A stretch of 64,000 bases of DNA, taken from an uncultured virus (IMG/VR IMGVR_UViG_3300042465_003139) (taxonomy: Duplodnaviria > Heunggongvirae > Uroviricota > Caudoviricetes). The stretch is from IMG/VR virus record IMGVR_UViG_3300042465_003139. One strand, given 5' to 3'. The notes under the pieces are model-generated. The model did not search any database. It was not told where the DNA came from and saw only the letters and a program-made list of their open reading frames with translations. Made by a program: the position numbers and the translations under genes. Shown piece after piece: positions 20,199 through 29,767 of this stretch (positions are counted from its first letter, which is position 1; every line of letters starts with the position of its first letter).

Positions 20199-20213
20199 TT
20201 GGTAGTTAAATAT

Positions 20214-20250
20214 TATAAATAAGCCTGTATAATTAATACGGGCTTTTTTT
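20214..20250 (+). promoter_or_regulatory. late promoter overlapping a terminator
   Basis: TATAAATA 20214-20221 immediately followed by AAGCCTGTAT-AATTA-ATACGGGCTT and T-run. Confidence 0.7.
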
Positions 20251-20261
20251 GTTTGGAAGAC

Positions 20262-21488
20262 ATGAAATTTAAAGAATACATTTTAGAGCAAAAAAACACT
20301 CATATGGAACACGCAGAAGACGATGTTCTCAATGGTGGTGTTTCTGGCACTCGCGATAGTATCAATGCACTCAGAGCGGTGCGTGATATGCTTGCAGGTC
20401 ATGCTGAAAAGAAAGTTGATGTAACAGTTAAGTGGGATGGTGCGCCAGCAATTTTTGCTGGACAAGACCCAAGTGACGGAAAATTCTTTGTTGCTAAAAA
20501 GGGTGTATTCAACAAGAATCCTAAAGTGTATAAAACATATGCAGACATTGATGCAGACACAACAGGTGACTTAGCAGACAAACTCAAAGCATGTTTGATG
20601 TGGTTGCCTAAGATTGGTATCAAAGGCGTTATTCAAGGCGACTTGTTATTCACACAATCAGACTTGAAGACTGCCACAATTGATGGCGAAGAGTATATTA
20701 CGTTTCATCCAAACACATTAGTCTATGCGGTGCCTGCAAATAGTGAACTTGCAAAAAGTATCAAATCGGCTAAAATTGGCATCGTATGGCATACAATGTA
20801 TGAAGGCGATTCATTCGAAACAATGAGTGCATCGTTCGGTAAAGATATTTTGTCCACACTCAAGAAAGATAAAAATGTGTGGATGTCAGATGTGGACTAT
20901 AAAGACGTATCTGGCAAAGCAACAATGACACTAGAAGAAACCCAAAAAGTGACGGCAATCTTATCCGAAGCAGGTAAGATATTTCAGAAGTTAGATGCTA
21001 CTATATTGAACGCAATTAAAGACGATGAAGAACTCTTGCAAAGAATTAAAACATTTAACAATACTAAGATACGAGCAAGACTACAAATTACAGACGTAAA
21101 AAAGCATGTGCAAGAGTTGATCGATTACATACAAGATATTTACACAAAAGAAGAAGAAAGTAAGAAAAGCGAAAAGGGTAAGTTGTCCGTCACCCTAAAA
21201 CGAAATCGCATTTTGAGATTTTTCTCTGCGAAAAACAAAACAGCACTTGAAAATATTTTTACAATGATGAACTTGCTTGCTGAAGCAAAGTTGATTTTGA
21301 TTAAGAAAATGGATGAAGTTAAAACGTTGAATACTTTCTTGCTGACGAAGAAAGGTTACGAAGTGACTGGTGTTGAGGGATATGTTGCGATTGATAAACT
21401 GAAAGGAAACGCAGTCAAATTGGTAGACAGAATGCAATTCAGTTATGCGAACTTTTCACCTGATGTGATCAAAGGATGGCAAAGGTAA
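20262..21488 (+). CDS. DUF6267-like protein with ATP-dependent ligase-type nucleotidyltransferase motifs
   Basis: KNTHMEHAED; TVKWDG (motif I), IQGDLL (III), VEGYV (IV), AVKLV (V). Confidence 0.65.
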   Translation: MKFKEYILEQKNTHMEHAEDDVLNGGVSGTRDSINALRAVRDMLAGHAEKKVDVTVKWDGAPAIFAGQDPSDGKFFVAKKGVFNKNPKVYKTYADIDADTTGDLADKLKACLMWLPKIGIKGVIQGDLLFTQSDLKTATIDGEEYITFHPNTLVYAVPANSELAKSIKSAKIGIVWHTMYEGDSFETMSASFGKDILSTLKKDKNVWMSDVDYKDVSGKATMTLEETQKVTAILSEAGKIFQKLDATILNAIKDDEELLQRIKTFNNTKIRARLQITDVKKHVQELIDYIQDIYTKEEESKKSEKGKLSVTLKRNRILRFFSAKNKTALENIFTMMNLLAEAKLILIKKMDEVKTLNTFLLTKKGYEVTGVEGYVAIDKLKGNAVKLVDRMQFSYANFSPDVIKGWQR

Positions 21489-21557
21489 AGTCCATAGGTT
21501 CTTAACAAACCGGACACCTTTATGTATAATAATAAGAATTTCTAGAAGGATTACCAA

Positions 21558-22376
21558 ATGGCGGCATCAGAAGGCGTAGATTTAGAATGGGCAATAGCCG
21601 AAAAAATTCAAATCAAAAATAACAAGATTAAGAAATACACTCGCCCATATTCGGCAACTATTTTGTCTCAAGCCGAAGATTGTGTTGGACACATTTATAA
21701 GTTTGCCGGTAATAAAAAAGTAGAAGCGTGGCATTCGGATGATGCGACAAATCCTTTTGGTGTTGCTATCTCTGCAAAACCAGAACCGAAAACAGACCTT
21801 GTTCTAAAAATAGGAACAAAGGTATATTCCGTATCAGTAAAGATGGCCGGCGGTGTTCAACTTGCATCAGGACAAGGATCATCGACAGCAGAACTATTTG
21901 CCGCTGCCGCAAAGAAAGTGCCAGGCGCACAAAAAAGTAAAGTATTATCGTCAATCATACAAGAACTTAAAACAATGCCTACAAGGCTTTTGTCGGAATC
22001 AAACAAGAAAAGAATTCTTGACGAGGCTTCGGATAAAGTCATTAAAGAATTCATTAAAGGCGGTAAGATTATTAAAGACAAGAGTTACGAATACTGGATG
22101 AAAGAGAACAAAGAACTCCTAATGGAATCTCTTTTGAAGTATATTAACTCAGATAAAGACTATGCAAATGCACTATTATATGAAGCAATGACTGGAGAAA
22201 TCTCTCTAGCACAATACAAAGGTGCAGTTGCAGACAGCATTATCAGCCCAAAAGGATTTTACATCATCGATATGGCTTATGTTGAAAGCGTAAAGAACAA
22301 AGTCAAATTTGACGTTCGAGGTAAATCTAGAAGTGGTATTACAGGGCTCGCATTTCGTATCGATTTAAGACCCTAA
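21558..22376 (+). CDS. putative PD-(D/E)xK endonuclease
   Basis: EPKTDL...SVSVK..QL.S pattern. Confidence 0.55.
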   Translation: MAASEGVDLEWAIAEKIQIKNNKIKKYTRPYSATILSQAEDCVGHIYKFAGNKKVEAWHSDDATNPFGVAISAKPEPKTDLVLKIGTKVYSVSVKMAGGVQLASGQGSSTAELFAAAAKKVPGAQKSKVLSSIIQELKTMPTRLLSESNKKRILDEASDKVIKEFIKGGKIIKDKSYEYWMKENKELLMESLLKYINSDKDYANALLYEAMTGEISLAQYKGAVADSIISPKGFYIIDMAYVESVKNKVKFDVRGKSRSGITGLAFRIDLRP

Positions 22377-22387
22377 ATTGAAGTTTG

Positions 22388-22395
22388 TATAAATA
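22388..22395 (+). promoter_or_regulatory. T4-type late promoter
   Basis: TATAAATA. Confidence 0.7.
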
Positions 22396-22456
22396 ATCGT
22401 AGTAGGCAGTTAGGTCACGGCAAACCTGCATTTTGGATCAGTCTAAGGAAAACTCC

Positions 22457-24799
22457 ATGAAAGAAACAGTAGTCCTCTCATTCGGTAGAATGAATCCCAT
22501 GACGAATGGGCATGAAAAATTAGCCGACAAGATTAAGTCGGAAGCATTGAAGCGTAAGGCTGATGCTAAACTCTACCTATCCCACAGTACCAATCCAAAA
22601 AAAGACCCATTAGACTTTGCAACTAAGGTTAAGTTTGCCAAAAAGGCATTCGGACCTATGGTGCAGAATTCTTCTGCACGAACAATCATTGAAGTTGCAA
22701 AAGAACTGACAGGCAAGTATGACAATTTAGTTGTCGTGGTGGGTAGCGATAGAATTCCAGAATTCAAGACTTTGCTGAACAAATACAACGGCAAAGACTT
22801 TGACTTTAAGTCAATCGAAATTATCTCAGCCGGAGAACGTGATCCTGACGCAGAAGGCGTGGAAGGCATGTCCGGTTCTAAGATGCGAAGTTTCGTATCA
22901 TCGGATGATTTCGACAATTTTAAAAAAGGTGTGCCATCAAAATTATCTGACGCAGACGCCAAGTCGTTGTTTGCCGCAGTTAAAAAGGGGATGAATTTGA
23001 AAGAACAATTAGAACAACAAGACGAAGCGGTATTGGACTTTGCGGCTAGACGTAAAAGAGCAATGATCTTCAAAAAATTAAGCAGTCGTATTCAAAGAGC
23101 AAGAATGCGTCAAATGAGAAGAGTTGCTGATCCAGCAAGATTGAAAAGAAGAGCGGCTAAGGCGGCATATAACTTTTTCCGTAGCAGACTTGCAGGTGGA
23201 CAAAACTATGCAGACTTGGGAACTGGACAAAAGATTTCAGTTGATACAAGACTACAGAAAATGCTTCCTGCAATTCGCAAGTTTGCAGTTCGTTTAGTTC
23301 CTCAAGTTAGAAAAGTAGACCTACAGCGTAGACAAAGCCTAATGGCGAAGAAAATGCAAAAAGAAGAAGTGAACTTAAATGATATGTTTACTCTTTTTGT
23401 TGAAGCAAAATTGCCGCAAGATAAAGACGTTGCAGGTAAGTCAGGAACACAGCCAGCGAAGTATTATAAAGGCTTAGACAAAGACACTAAAGAAAGACGC
23501 GATGCTCATTTCAAACAAATGGGACCGAAGTCTGATTCCGACACTTCAGCGTATGCAGATGCACCTGGAGATAAAGAGGCAAGAGAAAAAGATATGCCTC
23601 AGTCAAAGCACACTAAAAAATATAAGCAGATGTTTGGCGAATCTTCGGATAGAAAATCAACATCAAGATTAGATCAGTTGGTTCGTATGGGACTCGCTGA
23701 TGCAAAACTATTGACAACAATCAAGCGTTCAGTTGACAAATTAAATTCTGGTGATGCATTGAATCCAGCAGAGCGCAAAGCAACACAAGACTTGCTACAG
23801 ACGTTACTCGACATGGTGCTGTCAACAGATTCATTGTTCAGAATGACAAAGCAGACTTTGCAAAAAGAAAATGTTGACTTAAATGAACTTGTCTACAAAG
23901 GCAACATTGGTGTTATGGAAATGTTTGAATTCTTCCAAAAAGCAACACCACAACAAATTGCTGAAATGAAGAAACTCATTGCAGAAAAGAAAAATGCAGA
24001 GGCGCTTCAGTTGCTTGCAAAAGTAACTGGTAAAAAATTACACACAGAGAGTTTAAATCTGTTAGAACAAGAAGATTGGGAAGAAGTTGATGGTTTGCAG
24101 ATGGCACAAATTGAAGTTGCAAACCTAGCGCAAGACGTAGATTATCTTGCACAGATTCTAGATGGCATGGATGAAGAGCCAGAAGCGTGGGTTCTTTCAA
24201 AAATCACAAAGGCAACTGATTACATTGAAAGCGTAACAGACTACCTCGAATTTGAAGGTGAGTTTGATGATTACGAAGGTGAAGATGGTGAAGAAGACGA
24301 AGGTGAATACACTGGCTCAGAAGATGAATTCGAAATGGAAATGGAAGAAACATATCTTTCAATGGACAAAGAAGAGTTTGGTGATCTTTACGAAGAAGTA
24401 AGTCAGTTATTCGAAGAGATCGAAGGACTACAAAAGAAATCAGAAAAGTCAGGCATACCATATGGCATCTTGAAGAAGGTTTATGATCGTGGTATGGCGG
24501 CATGGCAAGGTGGGCATCGTCCGGGAACAACTCCACAGCAATGGGCATTCGCTAGAGTGAACTCATTCATCACCAAGGGCAAAGGAACTTGGGGTGGCGC
24601 TGATAGTGACTTAGCATCTAAAGTAAAGAAGAACGAAGAATTCTCAAAGTTTGCTGAAGCACTCGAATGGGGAACAGACAAAATGAGAATTGAGTATAGT
24701 AAAGATACTCCAGGTCAAGGCATCGAAATCATTACTGCTAAGTATTCTGCACCAAAGCAAGAGATTTCGCAACCAGAGAAAAAAGATGATACCGTTTAA
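22457..24799 (+). CDS. multidomain protein: N-terminal HIGH-type (cytidylyl/nucleotidyl)transferase plus acidic linkers and small domains; probable internal head protein
   Basis: SFGRMNPMTNGH, VVGSDR, SAGERDPD, SGSKMR; C-terminal VYDRGMAAW..GHRPG...WAFARVNSF domain. Confidence 0.75.
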   Translation: MKETVVLSFGRMNPMTNGHEKLADKIKSEALKRKADAKLYLSHSTNPKKDPLDFATKVKFAKKAFGPMVQNSSARTIIEVAKELTGKYDNLVVVVGSDRIPEFKTLLNKYNGKDFDFKSIEIISAGERDPDAEGVEGMSGSKMRSFVSSDDFDNFKKGVPSKLSDADAKSLFAAVKKGMNLKEQLEQQDEAVLDFAARRKRAMIFKKLSSRIQRARMRQMRRVADPARLKRRAAKAAYNFFRSRLAGGQNYADLGTGQKISVDTRLQKMLPAIRKFAVRLVPQVRKVDLQRRQSLMAKKMQKEEVNLNDMFTLFVEAKLPQDKDVAGKSGTQPAKYYKGLDKDTKERRDAHFKQMGPKSDSDTSAYADAPGDKEAREKDMPQSKHTKKYKQMFGESSDRKSTSRLDQLVRMGLADAKLLTTIKRSVDKLNSGDALNPAERKATQDLLQTLLDMVLSTDSLFRMTKQTLQKENVDLNELVYKGNIGVMEMFEFFQKATPQQIAEMKKLIAEKKNAEALQLLAKVTGKKLHTESLNLLEQEDWEEVDGLQMAQIEVANLAQDVDYLAQILDGMDEEPEAWVLSKITKATDYIESVTDYLEFEGEFDDYEGEDGEEDEGEYTGSEDEFEMEMEETYLSMDKEEFGDLYEEVSQLFEEIEGLQKKSEKSGIPYGILKKVYDRGMAAWQGGHRPGTTPQQWAFARVNSFITKGKGTWGGADSDLASKVKKNEEFSKFAEALEWGTDKMRIEYSKDTPGQGIEIITAKYSAPKQEISQPEKKDDTV

Positions 24800-25328
24800 A
24801 AAATTTACTAAAATAGACGAAGCATTACACTGGCACTTTGATAATCAAGTGCCTCTGAGTGAGAATGTATTTCGCGTTGGTTCTAAGAACTATTTTGAAC
24901 TCTATCGTGAAGCAAGAAGACTGCACGAAGAAGGCACACTTCAACTACAAGGTTGGGACAAATATCTTTTAGAAGAAACTGATATTGGTAAGTTTGATAT
25001 TTACGAAGATCAGCCTGTTCCACTTGATTGCCCAATGTATGAAGAAGAGGAAGAAAAAGACCCTCCTCTAAATCAACCAAAGCGTGGTGGTCCTAAGAAG
25101 TTTTACGTTTACGTTCGTAGGCCAGACGGTGGCATTAAGAAAGTTACATGGGGCGATACAACAGGACTTTCAGTTAAGTTGAACGATCCAGAAGCAAGAA
25201 AATCATTCGCCGCAAGACACCAATGTGATATGCAGAAAGATAGAACATCGGCAGCATATTGGGCTTGCAACACACCACGTTATGCTAAACAATTAGGACT
25301 AAGCGGTGGCGGAAACTTCTACTGGTAA
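24786..25328 (+). CDS. conserved hypothetical protein
   Basis: KKFYVYV..KKVTWGD...RKSFAARHQC...AYWAC domain. Confidence 0.7.
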   Translation: MIPFKKFTKIDEALHWHFDNQVPLSENVFRVGSKNYFELYREARRLHEEGTLQLQGWDKYLLEETDIGKFDIYEDQPVPLDCPMYEEEEEKDPPLNQPKRGGPKKFYVYVRRPDGGIKKVTWGDTTGLSVKLNDPEARKSFAARHQCDMQKDRTSAAYWACNTPRYAKQLGLSGGGNFYW

Positions 25329-25590
25329 CCCATATAACGACAAACCGATTGATGTTGGTCGATTTATTAGAAAGTTTAATAAAGACATTGATGATAAAGA
25401 ACTTATATGGCACAGAGATAAGCGAACAAGAATTATAACAGTTATGTCTGGAGAAGATTGGAAATTACAGTTTGATGATTTACTACCATTCATACTAGAG
25501 AAGAATAAAGAGTATAAGATTCTGAAAGAAACTTATCATAGAATTTTAAAAGGTAGAGGAAATTTGATTTTAGAAATCAGAGAGGAATAA
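25306..25590 (+). CDS. cupin-like small protein
   Basis: ELIWHRD...TYHRILKG. Confidence 0.6.
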   Translation: MAETSTGNPYNDKPIDVGRFIRKFNKDIDDKELIWHRDKRTRIITVMSGEDWKLQFDDLLPFILEKNKEYKILKETYHRILKGRGNLILEIREE

Positions 25591-25592
25591 AC

Positions 25593-27506
25593 ATGTCACT
25601 TGCAGATAAATTTAATATACCATCAAGCCTTCTTGATTTAATCAAAGGCAGATTGAAAGAAGAAACAGAGTATCAAGCCAAAGTCAAATCACTTATGGCA
25701 AAGAAAGGCATCAAGTCTTTGGGCGATCTTTCGCCTGAAGAAAAGAAAGAATTCTTCAGCCAGTTAGACGCTATGCATCAAGGACAAGATGAACAGGTTC
25801 ATCCTGAAGACAAAGCAGACTCATCTAACAAACTACAAAAATCTGGAACTAAAAAGTGGTTGACTGTAGATTATAAAGATGGTAAACCAGTAAACGAATC
25901 AGACGGCCCTGTTGTGTGGGAAAAAGGCGAAAACTCAATTGAGAAAAAAGAAGATGGAACATTCTGCCTTTACGTAGGTTCAAAAAAAATTGGAGAATAT
26001 TCATCGTTGCAGGCGGCAAAGGATGCTATTGATGAAACCGAAAAAGAAGATGATGAAGAGAATGACGACATGGAAGAGGCATCTTCACCGGCACAGCAAG
26101 CGGCTATTGCAATTGCAATGAAGAAAGATGGCAAGAAGCCTAAAGATATGCAAGAAGCACCAGTTGGTGGTGGAACTTCAATCAAAGGGTCTGAAGCAGA
26201 CAGAGCAAAAGCAACAGCAGACAGAGCGAAGATCACAATGCAAGCGGCTCAGTTGCGTATCAAGCAAGCCAAAGAACGTGAAGCACTTTCTAAGAAAAAG
26301 CAATCAATTAAGAGCGAATTCGATCCTCTTGAAGAATCATTCTCAGATGCACAAATTGCTAGATTGAAAGCGGAGTATTCTAAAATCAATACTGTTGATC
26401 CATCAGGAGATAGTTATAAGAAGTTGACTGATATGCTCGACAAGTTAGATAAACCTACCTTAGAAAAACTTGCTGGCGCAGGTATTAAGTTTGTTTCTGG
26501 TCTTGCAAAGAATCGCGTCAATCGCACGAAGAACGAAGAATTATCACCAAAGCAAAAAGCGTTAGACAAAAACAAGAATGGTAAGATTGATGGTTCTGAC
26601 TTAGCAAAACTACGCAATGAAGAAGATATGCCACAAGAATTCAAGCAAGGCGGCAAGCCACTTGCCGATAAGTTTAAAAGAGCATTCGAAAAATTAGGCA
26701 TTAAAGCAGACGTTAAAATCAAAACAGTAGGAAACGTTTCTACAAACGAAGCAGTCGTTAAGGGTAAAGGATATGACAATCCCGAAAACGAACGTAAAGG
26801 TCCTGAAGGCAAAGTGCCAATGACAAGTCTAATGCCTGGTCATAACGAAAAGGCGGCCCGTTTGGCTGCGGTACAAGCAAAAGGTAGACTTGTAAAAGGT
26901 AAAGCACAAAGCGCATCACAAAAAGAAGAAGTTGAAATTGATGAAGCAAAGTCTGATTATGATCTTTATCACAAAGACTTTTCTACAGCAGTTCAACATG
27001 CAATTAAAACAGCAGAGAAGCGCGGCTATCAAGTAAACATGGACGATTGGCACGATAAAGTTGCTACGGGTCCACGTAAGCCAAGCGAAGGTAAAACAAA
27101 TTCATATTCTATCACGTTGATGGATAAGAATGGTAAACCTGTAAAGAAAGCACTTCAAATGCAAGTGTATAACAAAGGTGGACAGAATCCGTATGAGTTA
27201 AACATGTATATCGAAGAAATTCAATTGGGCGAAAGTGATGCATACGACAAAAACGTTAAGCCAAGCGACAAGCCACATGATAAAGAAGCCGCCGCTAAAC
27301 GTGCAAAGTTAGCCGCGTTGGCCGCTAGAAAGAAAATGGCGGAGAACGATGATAAAAATATTAACGATCTCTTTGCTGAAGCAATAGCAAAGAAAGAAAA
27401 AGAAGCGACTGCAAAAGATAAAAATAAATCAGTCAAATCTGGAGATAAACTTTCGGGCAAACAAGAACCCGTAGAGATTCAGCCGGAATTAAAAGAAGAA
27501 AAATAA
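25593..27506 (+). CDS. large charged modular protein, probable internal head polyprotein with EF-hand-like loop
   Basis: K/E-rich; LDKNKNGKIDGSDL; repeated xxE-E/A/S linker motifs. Confidence 0.7.
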   Translation: MSLADKFNIPSSLLDLIKGRLKEETEYQAKVKSLMAKKGIKSLGDLSPEEKKEFFSQLDAMHQGQDEQVHPEDKADSSNKLQKSGTKKWLTVDYKDGKPVNESDGPVVWEKGENSIEKKEDGTFCLYVGSKKIGEYSSLQAAKDAIDETEKEDDEENDDMEEASSPAQQAAIAIAMKKDGKKPKDMQEAPVGGGTSIKGSEADRAKATADRAKITMQAAQLRIKQAKEREALSKKKQSIKSEFDPLEESFSDAQIARLKAEYSKINTVDPSGDSYKKLTDMLDKLDKPTLEKLAGAGIKFVSGLAKNRVNRTKNEELSPKQKALDKNKNGKIDGSDLAKLRNEEDMPQEFKQGGKPLADKFKRAFEKLGIKADVKIKTVGNVSTNEAVVKGKGYDNPENERKGPEGKVPMTSLMPGHNEKAARLAAVQAKGRLVKGKAQSASQKEEVEIDEAKSDYDLYHKDFSTAVQHAIKTAEKRGYQVNMDDWHDKVATGPRKPSEGKTNSYSITLMDKNGKPVKKALQMQVYNKGGQNPYELNMYIEEIQLGESDAYDKNVKPSDKPHDKEAAAKRAKLAALAARKKMAENDDKNINDLFAEAIAKKEKEATAKDKNKSVKSGDKLSGKQEPVEIQPELKEEK

Positions 27507-27995
27507 ATGAACGAATTGCCTCAAATTTATTGCGACATGGATCAAGTCCTTGTGAATTTTATGGATGGCGCTAATAAAGCGTTAACCTCACAAGGACTCA
27601 AACCATTTCAGCATACGGAAAAAGATGTGAAGTGGGAAGCACTTAAAAAAGTGCCTAAATTTTGGGCAAATCTCGAACCTATGTCTGATGCAATGACATT
27701 ATGGAGATTCATTCGTCCCTACGGACCTTATATTCTGTCTACACCCTCAAAGCATATGCCTACGTGCAAACCCGAAAAGATTGAATGGGTTAAAAAGCAT
27801 TTAGGTAACGTTGAACAGATTAATCTGGTGCCTAGAGAAGATAAACAGAAATTTGCAATGATTGGGGGAAAACCGAATGTTTTAATCGATGATTATGATA
27901 AAAATTGCAGAGAATGGGAATCAGCAGGAGGCATTGCCGTTCGACATATAAATAGTATGAATACCATTTCACAACTTAGAAAATTAGGATATTAA
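27507..27995 (+). CDS. HAD-family 5'(3')-deoxyribonucleotidase
   Basis: YCDMDQVL, ILST, LIDD motifs. Confidence 0.85.
   Translation: MNELPQIYCDMDQVLVNFMDGANKALTSQGLKPFQHTEKDVKWEALKKVPKFWANLEPMSDAMTLWRFIRPYGPYILSTPSKHMPTCKPEKIEWVKKHLGNVEQINLVPREDKQKFAMIGGKPNVLIDDYDKNCREWESAGGIAVRHINSMNTISQLRKLGY
27947..27954 (+). promoter_or_regulatory. T4-type late promoter
   Basis: TATAAATA upstream of structural gene. Confidence 0.7.
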
Positions 27996-28009
27996 CAAAG
28001 GAGAACACC

Positions 28010-28780
28010 ATGGCACTATGGGGAAGCAGAGATTCATTCTCAATCACAGGTACAGTTTCGTTCGTTAACGGATCTGCAACTGTTACAGGTTCAGGAACAG
28101 CACTTGATACTGAATTAGAAGTCGGTGATGCGATCATCACATCAGGCGGCGCAAAATACAAAGTTACTGGTATTTCTAGTAACGTTGCTATTACTATTGC
28201 TCCGTCTTGGTCTACAGCGAATTCGTCTGGTCAGACAATTACAGGTCAAGATTCACCAAAATTCTTAGCCTCTGAAGGCGCAACAATTCAGGCAATCGAC
28301 AAAGTTTACGGTGTTGATTCTACTGAAGCCGTTGCACAAACAACCGATCCAGGTTGGGTATATGTAAACACGTATACTGATATGCACAGCGTAACTCGCA
28401 CAAAACGCGAGGTTCTAGTTGCATCGTCTTCATACACAGCAGACGCAGAAGATACTGTATATCCAGACACAGTAATTACGATCAACACACAGCCATCTAG
28501 CAATACAGCGGCAGCCGACAGCGCAGTTGCATTTACAGTTGTTGCATCGACTCTACCAGTTGGTACTACAATCAACTATCGTTGGCAGGCAGCCGCTAAT
28601 GCTAACGTAGCATTCAGCGATTTGACAAATACTGGCACATACAGCAATACTACAACCGCAACTCTAAACATCGCAAACAACAGCGTTGCCGGAAGCGGTT
28701 CTATCTATCGCGTTCAGTTGTCATCCGCAGGCGTTACTGCAAACACAGTATCCGCAAACGCAGTATTGACAATTTCTTAA
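28010..28780 (+). CDS. virion structural protein with Ig-like domain
   Basis: MALWG start, S/T/A-rich, ITINTQP...YRWQ...YRVQ..SANAVLTI Ig-like C-terminus. Confidence 0.75.
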   Translation: MALWGSRDSFSITGTVSFVNGSATVTGSGTALDTELEVGDAIITSGGAKYKVTGISSNVAITIAPSWSTANSSGQTITGQDSPKFLASEGATIQAIDKVYGVDSTEAVAQTTDPGWVYVNTYTDMHSVTRTKREVLVASSSYTADAEDTVYPDTVITINTQPSSNTAAADSAVAFTVVASTLPVGTTINYRWQAAANANVAFSDLTNTGTYSNTTTATLNIANNSVAGSGSIYRVQLSSAGVTANTVSANAVLTIS

Positions 28781-28784
28781 TGGG

Positions 28785-28806
28785 TGGGGACGCAAGTCCC
28801 CATTTT
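28785..28806 (+). terminator. GC hairpin with GCAA tetraloop (terminator-like)
   Basis: TGGGGAC-GCAA-GTCCCCA-TTTT. Confidence 0.6.
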
Positions 28807-28866
28807 GACCTGAGTCCCAGGAGTAGCATTCCCATTCAATTGGGTTTATAAAATTAGGAGAAACAA

Positions 28867-29403
28867 ATGGCAGATAAAAAAGTAACGCAGTTAACAGCAT
28901 TGACTGCACCAGCAAACACAGATTTGCTCTTAATCATTGATGATCCAGCAGGCTCACCCGTATCTAAAAAGATTTCGGTTGAAGACTTGTTCGGCAAAAC
29001 CTCAGCAGTAACGCACACCACAATGAACTTTGGTTCAACTGGTGATGCTACTGTTTTTGCAAACACATTAACGTTAGACGCGGCTACAGGACTTGTTCTT
29101 ACTCGCGGCACAGTTATCAATGAAGATGGTGCTGACTCTGATACAAGAATTGAATCAGACAATCAAGCAAACATGTTCTTTGTTGATGCATCAGCAGATG
29201 CAATTGGTATTATGACAAATGCTCCAACAGAAGCACTTGATATTAACTCCGATGCAATTCGTGTTCGCACAGCGCAGACACCAGCATCATCTAATAATAC
29301 CGCGGTTGGTTGGGGTGTTGGAACTATTACGTGGGATACAAATTATATCTACGTTGCAGTTAATGCATCAACAATTATGAGGGCGTCTTTGAGTAACTTC
29401 TAA
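28867..29403 (+). CDS. virion structural/fibre-like protein
   Basis: [12 protein letters not shown] start; [14 protein letters not shown] fibre-type C-terminus. Confidence 0.7.
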   Translation: MADKKVTQLTALTAPANTDLLLIIDDPAGSPVSKKISVEDLFGKTSAVTHTTMNFGSTGDATVFANTLTLDAATGLVLTRGTVINEDGADSDTRIESDNQANMFFVDASADAIGIMTNAPTEALDINSDAIRVRTAQTPASSNNTAVGWGVGTITWDTNYIYVAVNASTIMRASLSNF

Positions 29404-29404
29404 A

Positions 29405-29767
29405 ATGACTGAATTGAATAATGATAATTTTGATGAATACGCAGTAAGCAACTACAAAAATCCTAATTGCATATCTGTTCTTGAGTTTCTTGATGATTTA
29501 AAAATTATTAAGTATATTAAGAGACTGATTAATAAGTATGTTGATAAGAGTGAACTGAAAGAGAGATTGATACTGAATCATATTATCTCTCTTTCAAATG
29601 TTTTTGGTGTTGAAGCAACTGTAAATATGTTGTGGTTCAAAATTGATAAAAAGGACCATGACGTATTGAATGCTTTTTTTGTGTATTTAAAATATGTAGA
29701 TTTGACAGACGCAGAAGTGTTAGATTTGTATTTGTATAACAAATTGGAAAAAACGATAAATGACTAA
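29405..29767 (+). CDS. conserved T4-like hypothetical protein
   Basis: YKNPNC...EFLDDL..IKYIKRL...RLILNHII. Confidence 0.75.
   Translation: MTELNNDNFDEYAVSNYKNPNCISVLEFLDDLKIIKYIKRLINKYVDKSELKERLILNHIISLSNVFGVEATVNMLWFKIDKKDHDVLNAFFVYLKYVDLTDAEVLDLYLYNKLEKTIND

Noticed and set aside
20224..20243. Second SOS box (CTGTATAATTAATACGG)
   Set aside because: Wrong spacing and right half-site; explained as a terminator stem
22396..22456. Canonical c-di-GMP-I riboswitch
   Set aside because: Only two short words match and the central GAAA tetraloop/GACGCAAAGC core is missing; kept only as an unassigned leader
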